A stretch of DNA of 64,000 bases from Cirrosporium novae-zelandiae. Its lineage: Eukaryota. Made by a program: the position numbers and the translations under genes. The notes beneath the pieces were generated by a model. The model worked only from the letters and a program-made list of their open reading frames with translations. It did no database searches and had not been told where the DNA came from. Shown piece after piece: positions 38,340 to 50,695 of the stretch (its first letter is position 1; every line of letters starts with the position of its first letter). Location of the stretch: assembly GCA_026023565.1 (NCBI GenBank), contig JAPETS010000004.1, positions 1 to 64,000 of the forward strand, given 5' to 3'.

Positions 38340-40562
38340 ATGTCTGCAACTGTCGTACTGGGTTCGCAGTTTGGTATGTCGCATGTTCAAGTTTGCATGA
38401 CTCAGGCTAACATTTCCTTAGGTGATGAGGGGAAAGGTGGGACATGTTCACAATAGTATTTAATTGCGCTTACAATTGCAAAGGGAAGCTTGTTGATGCT
38501 CTACTATCTACTGGAGAATACAAACTCGTGGCTCGTTGCGTAAGTCAATCTCTACATTCGCGCAAAGGCTGTCATCTTATGATGGAGATATTGGAAGTCA
38601 AGATATACAGCCTCTGACTTTTCATCTATTCCTCATATCTGGCTGCTATTTGCTTCCTGTAATTTCTGACATGGTCTTCTAGGCTGGAGGTATATCATCT
38701 TCACTTCCTCTCCGTTGTGTTTCTTCATACCACATGTCCTTCTAGAGTTACCCACCAAGCCTTGCGATTACCCGTCTTTCCTCACGCCTGTTAAAGATAC
38801 CGCCAGGCCTGCAAGCTAATTAACTGAAGGTCATAATGCCGGCCATACTCTCGTGATAAATGGAGTCAAGGTATTTTACTCCCGAACTGAAATTTGAAAA
38901 AGTTAAAAAGGCTAAATTTCTTCCAGTACGATTTTCACATTCTGTGTAGTGGTTTGATCAACCCCGAGGCTATCAACCTGATCGGTAGCGGAACAGTCGT
39001 CCACGTCCCTCAATTCTTCAAGGAGCTGAAGAACCTTCAAGAGAAGGGCATCAACAGCGATGGCAGGATTTTTATCTCTGATAGGGCACAGGTGCTTTTT
39101 GAGTTACGTATGTGATCCTTTAATCTTTAACTTTCTATTGCATTTTATACTTTTTGATTAAATTTTTTATGATCCATTAACGCCTTTATTCAGACAAACG
39201 CATAGACGGACTACAAGAGAAAGCACTTGGCGGCGCCAAAATTGGGACAACCGGCAATGGTACGCTTCCTTGATATAGCGCTGGGCCATTCTACAGCAGT
39301 ATACCAATTTCAGGAATGATGAATAAATTGCAGGTATTGGGCCTTGTTACAGTGATAAGGCTGCACGAAGTGGTATTCGAATCGCAGAAATGCTGAACAA
39401 GCCTTACTTTGATGAACGTCTCCGTTCATTGGCTCAGGGACAAAAGAGCAAATTTGGCGACCTCCTCGATTATGATGTTGAAAAAGAGATACAGAATTTT
39501 GACAACTACCGAGAGCAATTGAAGCCCTTTATTGTCGATGGCGTGGACATGATTTGCCAGGCTCAAGATGCAGGTCAAAAGATTTTAGTAGAAGGAGCAA
39601 ATGCTTTGATGCTGGATATCGGTATGTTACTATTCATGATAGAAAAGTAAAATACTAATTTTGTAGATTACGGCACATATCCGGTATATCCTATAGTTCA
39701 AAGACAATACATGAATAACCCTGAAATGCTAAGACGATTTAATATTTAGTTTGTCACGAGTTCGAACACAGGCTTGTGGGTTTTTTCGTCTCTCGGATTC
39801 AGCCAATGAATTCTATCGCATTCTTGAAGTCTGGAGCTGATTATTTGATCTTATAGGGCAGGCGTATTTTCTGGACTGGGTGGACTTCGTCCAGAGAATC
39901 TGAAAACACGGATCGGTGTCGTCAAAGCTTATACAACGGTAAGAGAAAAGAGCAAACTTGATATCCAGATAAGGGATATTAACACGATACAGCGCGTCGG
40001 TTCAGGCCCGTTTCCTAGCGAAACCCTCGATGAAACTGGGGAAAAGCTGCAAAGGTTAGGATACGAATTTGGTATGACCTCGCATTCTCGCCAAATTGAT
40101 ATAGGAGTTCTTCCTTGGCCGCAAGCTTGTTGCTGACTGTACTATATAGGCACCACCACCGGCCGCAAGAGAAGATGCGGATGGCTTGACATGGTGCTCC
40201 TGAAACACTCGCACAGAATCAACCAATACACCCACATCAATCTCACAAAGCTAGACGTCCTAGACACCTTCTCGGAGCTCAAAATCGCCATCGCTTACCA
40301 CAGCAAAAACGCCGACGGCACGACCACAACCTACAAGCACCGTTTCCCCGCAGATCTCAAAGCTCTAGACCAGGACCGATTAGAGGTCGAATACGTAACC
40401 CTAAAGGGCTGGGAGAGCGATATCTCTAACTGTAGAAAATGGGACGACTTGCCTGAGAAGGCACGCGAGTATGTTGAATTCATAGAAAAGGACCTCGGCG
40501 TGCCCGTCAGGTGGATCGGGGTCGGTCCCTCCAGGGATGCAATGGTCGAGAGGATATGCTAG
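38340..40562 (+). CDS. ADE12: Adenylosuccinate synthetase (13 exons)
   Basis: The spliced model gives [83 protein letters not shown] and TKLDVLD. It uses 12 GT-AG introns. Confidence 0.95.
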
Positions 40563-42811
40563 CCTCCCATCTGCTCTCTCTTACTTTTCCTAGATCGAAA
40601 AGAGAGGCCTTTCCTCACTTTGTTTTTTTTTGGAAGTAGTGTATAGACCTATTGCTGATTGATGCCTGCACCAACTGTCACATATTTTAGAAAACCTTTC
40701 TTTTAAGTTTCCGTGAATAAAAAAAATCTCAGCGCTTTTTTCGTACCCAATTTATCCAACTAGCCTCTATTCCCTCCCCTCCTCTTATAAACACCCCACC
40801 CTAACTTAAGGCCCAGTAGTTCTCATGAATAATTCCAGCATCCCTCTTTCTCTCTCCAGAGGAGCCCCAACAAATAAATCCACGACCTATCTACAGTAAC
40901 CCATCTCCATCCCTATTCCCCCCCACAAACTCCCAACCAAAAAAAAAACATGTAGAAAAAGCAAAACACAAATAAAAAACTTATTTCAATATTTAACATT
41001 TTATTTACTTTAATTTTTTTTTTACCTTTGTTTTTTGGGTTGCTTTCTAAAGTTGGCATAGTTGGTTGGTATGTCATCCTTTATATGTGCCTCCCACTCT
41101 CACCTGAGTCACCTCCTTTACACATTATTCTTATTTCCCGCTTCTTAAAATCCGGTATTAGTTATTAGACTAGTTTTCTATATTATACCCTGTTCTGTAC
41201 TCTGTATTATATGTACATGTACATTTACAGTACGCCACCGTATAGGTATGAGGCTTATTGGATCGTTGATTGTGATGCTTCATAGCGGTCGGTAGTTAAT
41301 TCATTGAATTTTAACTTATAGCCTCGCCCAAGTATGGGTGTAAATAGACAAGAGAGTAGCTTTTCAAAAAGTGGTGAATAAAATGAATAATGGCTAAGTG
41401 CGTAAGAATAGCCATGGATCTTACGTTTATCCCGGTATTAGAAAGTACCGGAGTCAATAAAGTAGTACCACATATATAAACCCAACATCTTTTGAATGCG
41501 GTACTAGGTAGCATACTCTATACGAAGACGGGGTGTTAGATTTAACCGGCCAGCCTCTCCACTTTGTCAAAACGACCACGAAATTAAACCCACGGTTCGA
41601 TTACGCCTAATATCATTTATACCATGTATAACCGAGGTCAACTGCTTGCTTGGTATACCTCAACCTAACAGCATGTGTAGCGGGATTGCAGGTTAGTCCC
41701 AATAGGCTATTGATTTCATCAGGAAGTCATTATTGCATATTGTTGAAGCGCCGCTCAGTAGAAACAGTATACAGCTGTGTTCTAAGGAGTTGATAAGCAT
41801 TAGCAACGCTGAAACATAAACTTGAAGTTCTAGGTTGATATAGGGCTAACATCCCGTATTTTGGAGCCAGAACAGTCAAATGACTGTGTCCTGGAGGGTA
41901 AGATCGAACTCGAGATCCTGATTAGTTAGCTTTAACCTTACTGGACCTCCATGAAGGATTCCGACTGCATTACTCACTGCAGGCAATATTCCTTTCGATC
42001 CTGTCAGTGTATCACATCACCAAAATGAATCCGGTTTTATGTCAATAATAATCCTCCTATCTGCCGTTTTATAACTTCGTCAGGGGTATACCGTCTCCCC
42101 TTCCCCGCAGGCATAACGAACGAAACCTAGAATTCGGAATTTTGTGGTGGGGTTCTGGGTTAAAGGACCTCGTTGTTGAACTATAAGCTTAAATATTAGC
42201 CAATAGCAATTTTCCGATAATACACCCACAGAATATCCATGGAAGATGGAGACCCTCTTTGCACATGAACCAAAAAAGCAATAAAAAATGACAGAGATAA
42301 ACAGGATTATCGAGCTTGGGTGTGGTCCATTCATGGTGATCAAGACGCATTTTTAGCGAATTTCTTGCTATAAGTGCAAGCTGAATCCGGTTTTATAAAT
42401 GCGTATCCCCTGTTTAATTTAGTCGACCGGGACGGGATGCTGGACCCATCTGTTGCATATTATAATCCTCGCCACCATATATTCCCAAGTAGATTAGGAA
42501 AGCCCCCTACAGAGTTTAACAGCTTCAAGTAACCCCTAGTCGATATTTAGTACAGCTCATACCTTATTCTGTTAGAAGGGGTATATAATTATAGTGGGTC
42601 GAGTATAAAAGACAAACCTGGTCAGTTTAGTTTGTCGTTTTGGGGGATGTCTAGTAATTTAAAGCAATAGCGCGGCCGGTGGTGCGTCTATTGATAACGA
42701 GAAGAGCTGCATTTAATCGCAGATAGGCTCGCTCTGTCTTTTTCTTCGGTATTCAGCCTGGAGGAATAGGACGATTTCAGAAATTGACCTAAAGTCAGAC
42801 CACAAACCATC

Positions 42812-44745
42812 ATGGCAACCCTCAAGATGCTGCCATATATGACCCCAACTTTTTTGATACCTTGCTTTCTTGTAGCGATGTTCTTCTGGTTGACGGGGCT
42901 TGTCATCTATCGTTGCTTCTTCCACCCACTATCAAAAATACCAGGTCCATTTTGGGCTTCGGTAACACATTTATACAAAAGCAGGTATAACCTTTTTACC
43001 CGGCGTCCTCAATTTTACCTTCAAGTTGAAAGGTTACATAAAAAATATGGTGCGCGCTTTTCTATACCCCCCTAAGTGAAGTGAAAGACCTAGAGTAGAC
43101 CGACACAGCCTGGTTCGTCGGTGGCTTATAGACGGTTCAGAGTAGACCCTCTAGTTGACCTGGCCTATTCTTCTCATTGTTTAAGCCACGTCTTGCGATG
43201 GGCAAAGTCTATGGCTAACACCCTTATAATTTTCAGGGCCAGTTGTGCGTATTAGCCCCGAAGAAGTCCATCTAAGTGACCCAAGAAACTATGAGAAGAT
43301 ATATTATATAGGCTCCAAGTTCACAAAATACTCACAATTTTATGACCTGTTCGGATTTCAGGCTTCCACCTTCTAGGCTCAGAGCAACGAGCTTCATCGC
43401 ATTCGTCGAGCGCCCACCATACCATTATTCTCACGGGCACGAGTTTTCGAGTTGGAGGATATCGTACAGTCCATAGTGGAGAAGCTGTGCGGCCGAATAC
43501 GGGAGGGGTTGGATGCCGGGTGTACTGTAGACCTACACCACGGGTTCCGTTCCGTATCAGAAGATGTCATCACTGATTATGCTTTCGATGATTGTGCCAA
43601 TCTCCTGGATACTCAAGACCTTGGCCGCAGTTTCTCCGATTCAATAAGATCATTAGCACCTCGCATTTTCATCGGCGAATTTTGTCCCTGGTACCTAGTG
43701 TTTATAGATAATCTCCCCCCTTGGCTCGTAAAAAGATTAAGCAAAAGCTTTGCTACCTTTATGGAGTTCAGAGAGGTATATTTCCTTCAGCATCAAAAAA
43801 GTATTATCGCAATAACTCACTAACCAACTCCGTTCCTTTGCAGAAAGTCGAGGCACGGTTGAGAAAGGTCAAAATGGACATGGAATCTGGTGAAAAGCTT
43901 CTGGGCAAGAAAACCATATTTCACCAAATCCTCGACCTAAATGTTGTAGAGGGCCACATAGTCCCATCGATAAACAATATTTTGGGCGATGCAATGGGAT
44001 ATGTATCGGCGGCAGCTGATACCACCGGTGCAGCATTAACAACTGCAGCATATTGGACTTTGAGAAATGAAGAGATACATCGGAAACTTGTCGCAGAACT
44101 GGAAACTGCCTTTCCAGATCCCAATATGAGACTCAACTATGCGACACTAGAAAGGCTTCCATATTTGGTAAGAATTTGATCGAAATGTAAACTGAAAATC
44201 GGCTGACAGTATAGACCGCTGTTCTTAAAAAGGGTCTCAGGTATGACATTCCATTACGCCAATATGGAAGCTAGATGGTTCTAACAAAATCCAGATTGTC
44301 ATTTAGGGTACCAGGCAGACTCCCAAGAGTTGTACCGAATGGAGGAGCAAAATCCAATGAATATTTTATTCCCGAGGGATATGTTGTTTCCATGAGCGCA
44401 TGGATGATGCACCGAGACCTATCAATTTGGCCCAACCCAGATAAATTTGATCCTGAGCGATGACTCATGTCAGGGGTGACCAAGCCGGATAAGTACCTTG
44501 TCCCTTTTTCAAAAGGGTCTCGGCAATGTATTAGAATGAAGCATGTGTCATGTCCATCATAATGCCGGGAAACCTCCAGCTAACTCTATAGTCTTGCATA
44601 TTGTGAATTATACGTGACGATGGGCACTATATTCCGGCGGTTCAAGGATATGAAGGCTATTGAGTTGAGTCCTGAGGATCTCAGATTTGATGATATGTTC
44701 GGTTCATTTTTAGTCGGAGAAGTATTCCACGTAGAACCAGCGTAG
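42812..44745 (+). pseudogene. Cytochrome P450 pseudogene (resembles CYP58-clan fungal P450s)
   Basis: N-terminal TM helix plus IPGP, GPVVRISPEEVHLSDP and I-helix AAADTT. In-frame TAG at 43374 and TGA at 44461 (PER*). ExxR reads KKGLR and the heme loop reads FSKGSRQCIR. Five introns. Confidence 0.88.
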
Positions 44746-45043
44746 GGGGCCTAGGTCTAGGATCAGGATTTCGAGTGAATGTGTTATTAGTTGAGTTATT
44801 TATCACAGAGCGAAATGGGAATTGATGGGGATTTAGATACCTTAGTAGGCCTTCATGTTTGGTCGCTCCTTCAGTCCCATTCCCTTGTTTAGACATTCAC
44901 TTACCACATGCAACATGCCCTATGTATTCAAAACCTTAGTCTTTTAACTTCTTATTTTATCACCTTCCCTTTTATTCCACAGCTTTTCATTATCTGCGAC
45001 AAGAAATAAGTCTCAAAGAATTGTGCTTTGAAAATAAACGGCC

Positions 45044-46152
45044 ATGGCTTCCATACCCCAAGAGCTCGATAACGAGACTCTTCTTCCAAAAGCACTCTCA
45101 GGCTTGAAGGCTCAAGATAAAGTTACGGGGGTATCCAAGGCTTCAGAGAGCAGGTCTTCAGATGCTCCTAAAGACGTGCTCCAAGGTGCAACCGAAGAAG
45201 TGACCAGGGAGGCTCCCAATGAACCTATTAAAGCATCCACTAAAACTATTGCCAAAATACGTGCAGATTCATTCTCTGACGAGACTAAGAATTGGCTTAG
45301 AACCATTCTCATTGACACGTCCAAGAGGACACCCGAAGACACTGCCAAGGAAGGCTCCAAAAATCTCTCAGCCGATAATACCACTGACTTATCCCAAGAG
45401 GCACTCCATATGCGCATATGCAGAGAGTGCGAGAAGCCGGAAACCGAAGACTCAGGCCTTCTCAAGACCTGCGCCGGCTGCAAGGGTGAGCTGTATTGTT
45501 CCAAGGATTGTCAAAGGGCACACTGGAAGGAGCACAAAAGCAAGTGCCGTGAAATACAAAACACCGAACTTATCCACAAAGTAGCTACTGATACTGAATG
45601 GCTCGAGAGTATGCCATTGCGAATTTGTGGGAACTTCAAGATAGGAAGGGGCTGATCAGACACTTACAGAAAATATCGGAACCGCCAATTATCCCCCTTT
45701 AGCTGAAGAGAAACGATTGATGCCTCTTGTACTCCAGATCATTAGTAAGTTCTATCTTTGGGTTCAAACCGGTATCATTCAGTAACTTCGTTCTCACAGC
45801 CCGTACCGCCATTCTCTGGCCCGAAATCTACCCCGAGTACAAGCTCTTTTCAGTCAAAACCGCGGATGGCAAATATGTTGCATTGATCAAAAATGAACAT
45901 AACAACAAAACTCCTGCTATGACCTTCCCTTATTTCATAAGAGAGGGTGCATTGCTTGCACTATTAACCATCCTGGAGGGAAATAGCGAAGCTCTTGGAA
46001 TTAGGATTGATCGGGAGATCAAGAAAAGAAACGACGCCTTAGATGAAGACGTGCAGGAGAAAATGGCAGATATGAAGATGAAGTTGACGGCCAAGTATCA
46101 GTATGCCAAGTTCTATATGCCGATGGAGGAAAACACCAAAAGCGTCGAGTGA
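45044..46152 (+). CDS. MYND zinc-finger protein
   Basis: CREC...CAGC....YCSKDCQRAHWKEHKSKC is a canonical MYND finger. Introns ~45609-45669 and ~45745-45799 join the two ORFs in frame. Confidence 0.8.
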
Positions 46153-47299
46153 TAGTCTCGTCTCATGTCTCTCATGGTAGCATAGCTATCCTAGGTAGAT
46201 CACAAAATAAATTGGGAATAGATTCGAAAGGAGTCTATCTGTTAATTACGCTTTAGTCACGTGCTAATGTACTGAGTAGAGATGTTGCGTAGCACTCGGC
46301 CGAATTAATACAATGTAATTACTGTACCTTTTATGTACTGTACAGTACGTAATTAACAAAGCCAAATCCCCTTAATTATAATAAATGCCCTAATACAAAA
46401 TCTATATGAATGATTCTAATGAAAATAATAAAAGCAGAAGAAAAAGATATACAAACTACAAGTCTACGTAGTTTAAAAGCCAACCCTCCTCGCCCAAGTC
46501 CCCCGCGTAATATATTATTATTACCGGCCATTTTTTATGCCTTCCTGATCCCCAAAGGAACCATTATCTGACCACACGCACATTTCCAAAATGCAAAAAG
46601 CATGCCAATATGTCCTGTACTTAAACTTTAATCATTTCATACGCTTAATATTAATAACTGTTGAAAGGATTGTGTTTCCTAATACGCTTAGATCGACATG
46701 AGTCGCATTTTTATATAAAACCTATACTTTGGTTACCATATAGAGGATAACCTAACCACTCCTTTTTCTTCTTCTAACCTTTTCACGCTCCATAACTGGG
46801 TAGGAAAAATCCTTTCTCAAGATGTGCTGCCAATGCTGGTGTGTTCATTATCGCACTTTGCATCTGATCCTCTTTCCATCTTGGCTCCTTCTATCACAGC
46901 TACAGTCGATGACTCCTGGATTCTGGGATGTTCCTAGGTCTGCCTGCAACGCTCTCTTCGCCATCTTAACGAGTAGATGGCTGTGTCTGGTTTCGCCGAG
47001 CCTAGTACCTCAGAAGCATACCATTGCACACAAATCAACCTTTCCATCATCATCAACATCCACATCCACAGACCAACCCTCTTTCATGCTGCAACTAGAC
47101 TTTTCAGGTCTTATACCCACAAGACATGCAAGCTAGTCGATGCCGGAATGGTCGAAGTTTGCTTGCAGTGCGGATTCAAACTAAGCTGGTAGGCTAAACA
47201 ACACCTAGTGAGGAAGCTCCTAGCTATGGGCAAAGTTCCGCATTTCCAGAATCCTAAATTGAAGTTGCACAATTGCACCATCCAAAAACATCGTCCCAG

Positions 47300-47675
47300 C
47301 CAAATGGATTCCAGACACGATGTCACAGTGCAACTTTGGAAGCAGCAGCTCTTCGTATGGAGTCATTATACAAGAAAAAGCCCTCCGTCGGAAGACCGGT
47401 TCCTCTGTGTAGCATTCTATCAGCATTTCTATTCAGACGAATATAATGAGAAAAAGATACAATGTCGCCTTACCCACCGTTAGCTGGTCGACTGCGAAAA
47501 ATGTGAATGGATCCGATGTATATTTTGTGATACTCAGGTTAAACGGACCTCTTTCCGGAGTGTAAATGGAATCTTCCAAAGGGAATTAACGTGTCTGAAA
47601 AATTTGGGTCGAGCAGAAGGGCATAACATTTCTATTGAGATAGATAAGGCGATCCAGGATCCGGATGATGTCTGA
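47300..47675 (+). pseudogene. Possible decayed small Cys-rich gene
   Basis: The frame continues through TAG 47481-47483 into LVDCEKCEWIRCIFCD... and runs to TGA ~47675. Confidence 0.3.
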
Positions 47676-49599
47676 AATCGCCAGAAATGCTATCTTTGCA
47701 ATACAGTTCTCCGGAGTGTCAAAAAGTATCATCTTCCATTTGGCACCATTCCATCCGCGGACGGCGAGAGTTGAGCAGGGGTAGGGAATAACTACAGCCG
47801 AAAGAGAAAAATAGGTCGATGGCTGAGTCCCAAGGAAATTCCAATATATAAGCTCATGTCATCAATATCTAGCTTTCACAACAAGTTGGTCGGTAAGTCA
47901 TCCATTCGTTTAAAGGTCCCCTCAATTCGACTTGGCGGATTCTGCGTCTTTGAAGCCTATTAACGTTTCAGGTGATCGTGTCTATAAAGAACAAACACTA
48001 ATAGGCTATTATTATCTACCTAGGTAGGTTTCGCTTCGTAGGCGTAATTGCCTTTCGGAAAGAAAAGTATCTTTAGGAGAAACTATGGCTAAGTATACTT
48101 GGCTATAACAGGTTAATTGCCATTTTTGAGAGGCTTGGTAAAAACTCCAAGAGAGGTGGTGGAGTTATGAACCTTCCATCCTCTCTCAGCTGCTCTTCGG
48201 TTATAATTTTCGGGGTTATGGGCCCAAAAAGCCATGATTCGGGGCCCGTAAGGGGTTTGGATGGGGATCTCGGTAAAAAGCGCAGTCGGAGATTGAGGAA
48301 ACAGCCGCAGGAATATTTATGATATTTGGAAGGGACTTGGTGGCAGAATTCTAAAAACTTCTGGGAGGGAATTATTCTATTTTAATAATAGAATTGTTCA
48401 GGCTAATACCTAGGCAACTAATTTCTATTTCTTGGATACTACCAACTACATAACACCTACCTTGTGAGCTCATATTAGTTTCACCCTTTATAGGTTACTT
48501 GTCATCAACACCACGTAGAGATATAAGCTCATCGCTAATGAGCCCTCATCAATGGTAATGACATGATTCATCGGGCCCCCACTAGCTTGTCAACACAGAT
48601 TTACTAGCTCTAACATGTCTCCTTTCACCCAGCTTAAGCAACACCCTCGAAGCAGAGGGAATGGTTTGGTTCGCTGCAGGCCAGGCCGACCGGAGAACAT
48701 GTAAAAGCTTTCGAAGTGCTCGAAGCGTGGTGAGAAGAGCTTCAACAACGTAGATGGATTCCTCCACCACGCGCTCCACTCTTACGATCCAAGACATGAG
48801 ATCGACTTAGAGGTAGGAGAATAATGATATAGAAGGTATCGGTGGCGATAATGGGGCAAAAGAAGGGTCAGGTAGGCGGCGGCGAGGTTGTCTCTGAAGA
48901 AAAAAAGAAAAGAAAATTTTTGGGAGAGGAGGAAGTTGTTTTATATCTCCAGGGTGGCTGGCAGCTCCTTCCTACCCCAGTATGAAGGATAGAGAGATGT
49001 AGAGATTGGTTTGACCATTATCGACAACGTTGCTACTTCCAAAGCTCCCAACTTCATGTCACCTCTTGCTATACAAGAGGGAGGGGAATATTTCATGCAG
49101 CGGAGGCAGGTACCAAAGTCCAAGGAGCAATGGTGGCCCTGATATAGAAACGTAAACATAAACAAGGCAAGACGTCTCAGTTCGTAAAAGACCGAAAGAT
49201 GGGGAGGGAAGGACACTCATTCCGCACATGTAAACAAACCAGATTAAGGAACCGTTCACCCCGATTCCAACCTTCACCATGAAAATAATATGGAAATTGC
49301 TGAAGTCTAGAGCGTTGTCTAGGTATAAGAAACCGATTCTAGGGAACTGTTTCTAAACGACAGCCGAAGAATTTATATAGACGGAGGGAGTAGGAGGTGC
49401 ATACATAAGTTTTAGCTAGACCTAGATGAAAACCAAATAATCGTCTGCGTAACCAAGTCATTTCTGGGCAGATGTGTGCAGTTCTTCAGAACGCATAGTT
49501 CATCCCTTGCTCAAAACTCCATTCAAGAGAATGTGAAACTTTGTCAAAAGAAGTTAAATGGTAAATATAATCATACCTGTTGCTATCTATGATTGATAG

Positions 49600-50520
49600 C
49601 GTTCACAGGGACGTTTTTCCTCAAGCAACGCTCTTGATTCCATTGGCGCAAATGCTAGAATTTAGATCGCATAGATCTTGCTAACAAATAGGCCTGTGAA
49701 GAATTCATCCTCTTTTCTAGCAATTAGAATTTGTTAATTGGCCTTGTCAATCATGAAGTTTGGTAGTAATCTAAATCCGTAGGTCTGAATTGTACGGCAA
49801 CTGTCAAAGAAATTGCAAAGTTTGGTACACCCATGTCTACGAGGCGACGCTGAGGAGACATTCCAACAGTATGCAGTTTTAATTAAAATCCAGTTTCTGA
49901 TGGAAGTCAACCTTTGTATTTGACATATCGGGGAGGGCTCCAGACAAAATAAAAAACTGACTGATCCCCTCAAGGGCTAAATATACATCATCATTATAAC
50001 AATATATCAACAACATTCTAACTAGGATTAGGGCTTCCCGATCAGCCAGTTTGATCCAAGCTCTCACGGATCGGATACCTGATGACCAAATTGCCCTTTT
50101 TAGATCCTTTTTTGGAGGGCGACCGGGCAAGCAAGGCGTAGATGCTAGTCTGGAAATGTATTCTCTCAATTAAATTATTGTATCTATGGAAAACATCCTT
50201 AGCCAAGTAGCTGATTCTCCAACAGCAGTAATCCCCGAGGCAACTTCATGGCTTTGTAGTTGTGGGATGAGCTTACAAACAAGGCGAGTCGTTACCGATC
50301 ATAAATATCGTTCAAGGATACCCTTCACGCAAATTGCCTCCGTGTTGTTTGACCCATAATAATCGGCTAATTGACCAACCTTATAGAAGGTCTGCGTCAT
50401 TGCAAGATGAATCCTCCTTGTCAATGCCGATTTCTAGTCCACCGCGCTGGACACGTCCTTGGGTCGGCGCTTAAGCGGAAAGCCTCTGTAATCATTCTGC
50501 TTTTCTAGATGGTGCTGCCC
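49600..50520 (-). pseudogene. Decayed ORF of unknown family
   Basis: One minus-strand frame reads protein-like for ~210 codons (50520 to 49880) with only three stops; further fragments lie in shifted frames downstream. Confidence 0.35.
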
Positions 50521-50695
50521 AAATTTTGTTGATCATCGTTGGCTCCATTTGAATTTTGGCATTATAGGTTGTTAATATTCTAATCCTGGTTTGGTTTGTT
50601 CAGGGGCATTCTCGTGGATAGCATGTTATTTTGCAGATAAGAGGCTCATGGGATATATTTGAGCTTCCTCATACATTGAACTTGACTCCATGAAA

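Noticed and set aside
38540..38682. C/D-box-like words (ATGATGG, CTGA) in ADE12 intron 3
   Set aside because: The C box is imperfect, the distal CTGAC is the likely branch site, and no rRNA guide could be identified by eye.
40795..40810. ACCCTAAC telomere-template-like 8-mer
   Set aside because: It is a short match in C-rich low-complexity DNA, with no recognisable telomerase RNA domains.
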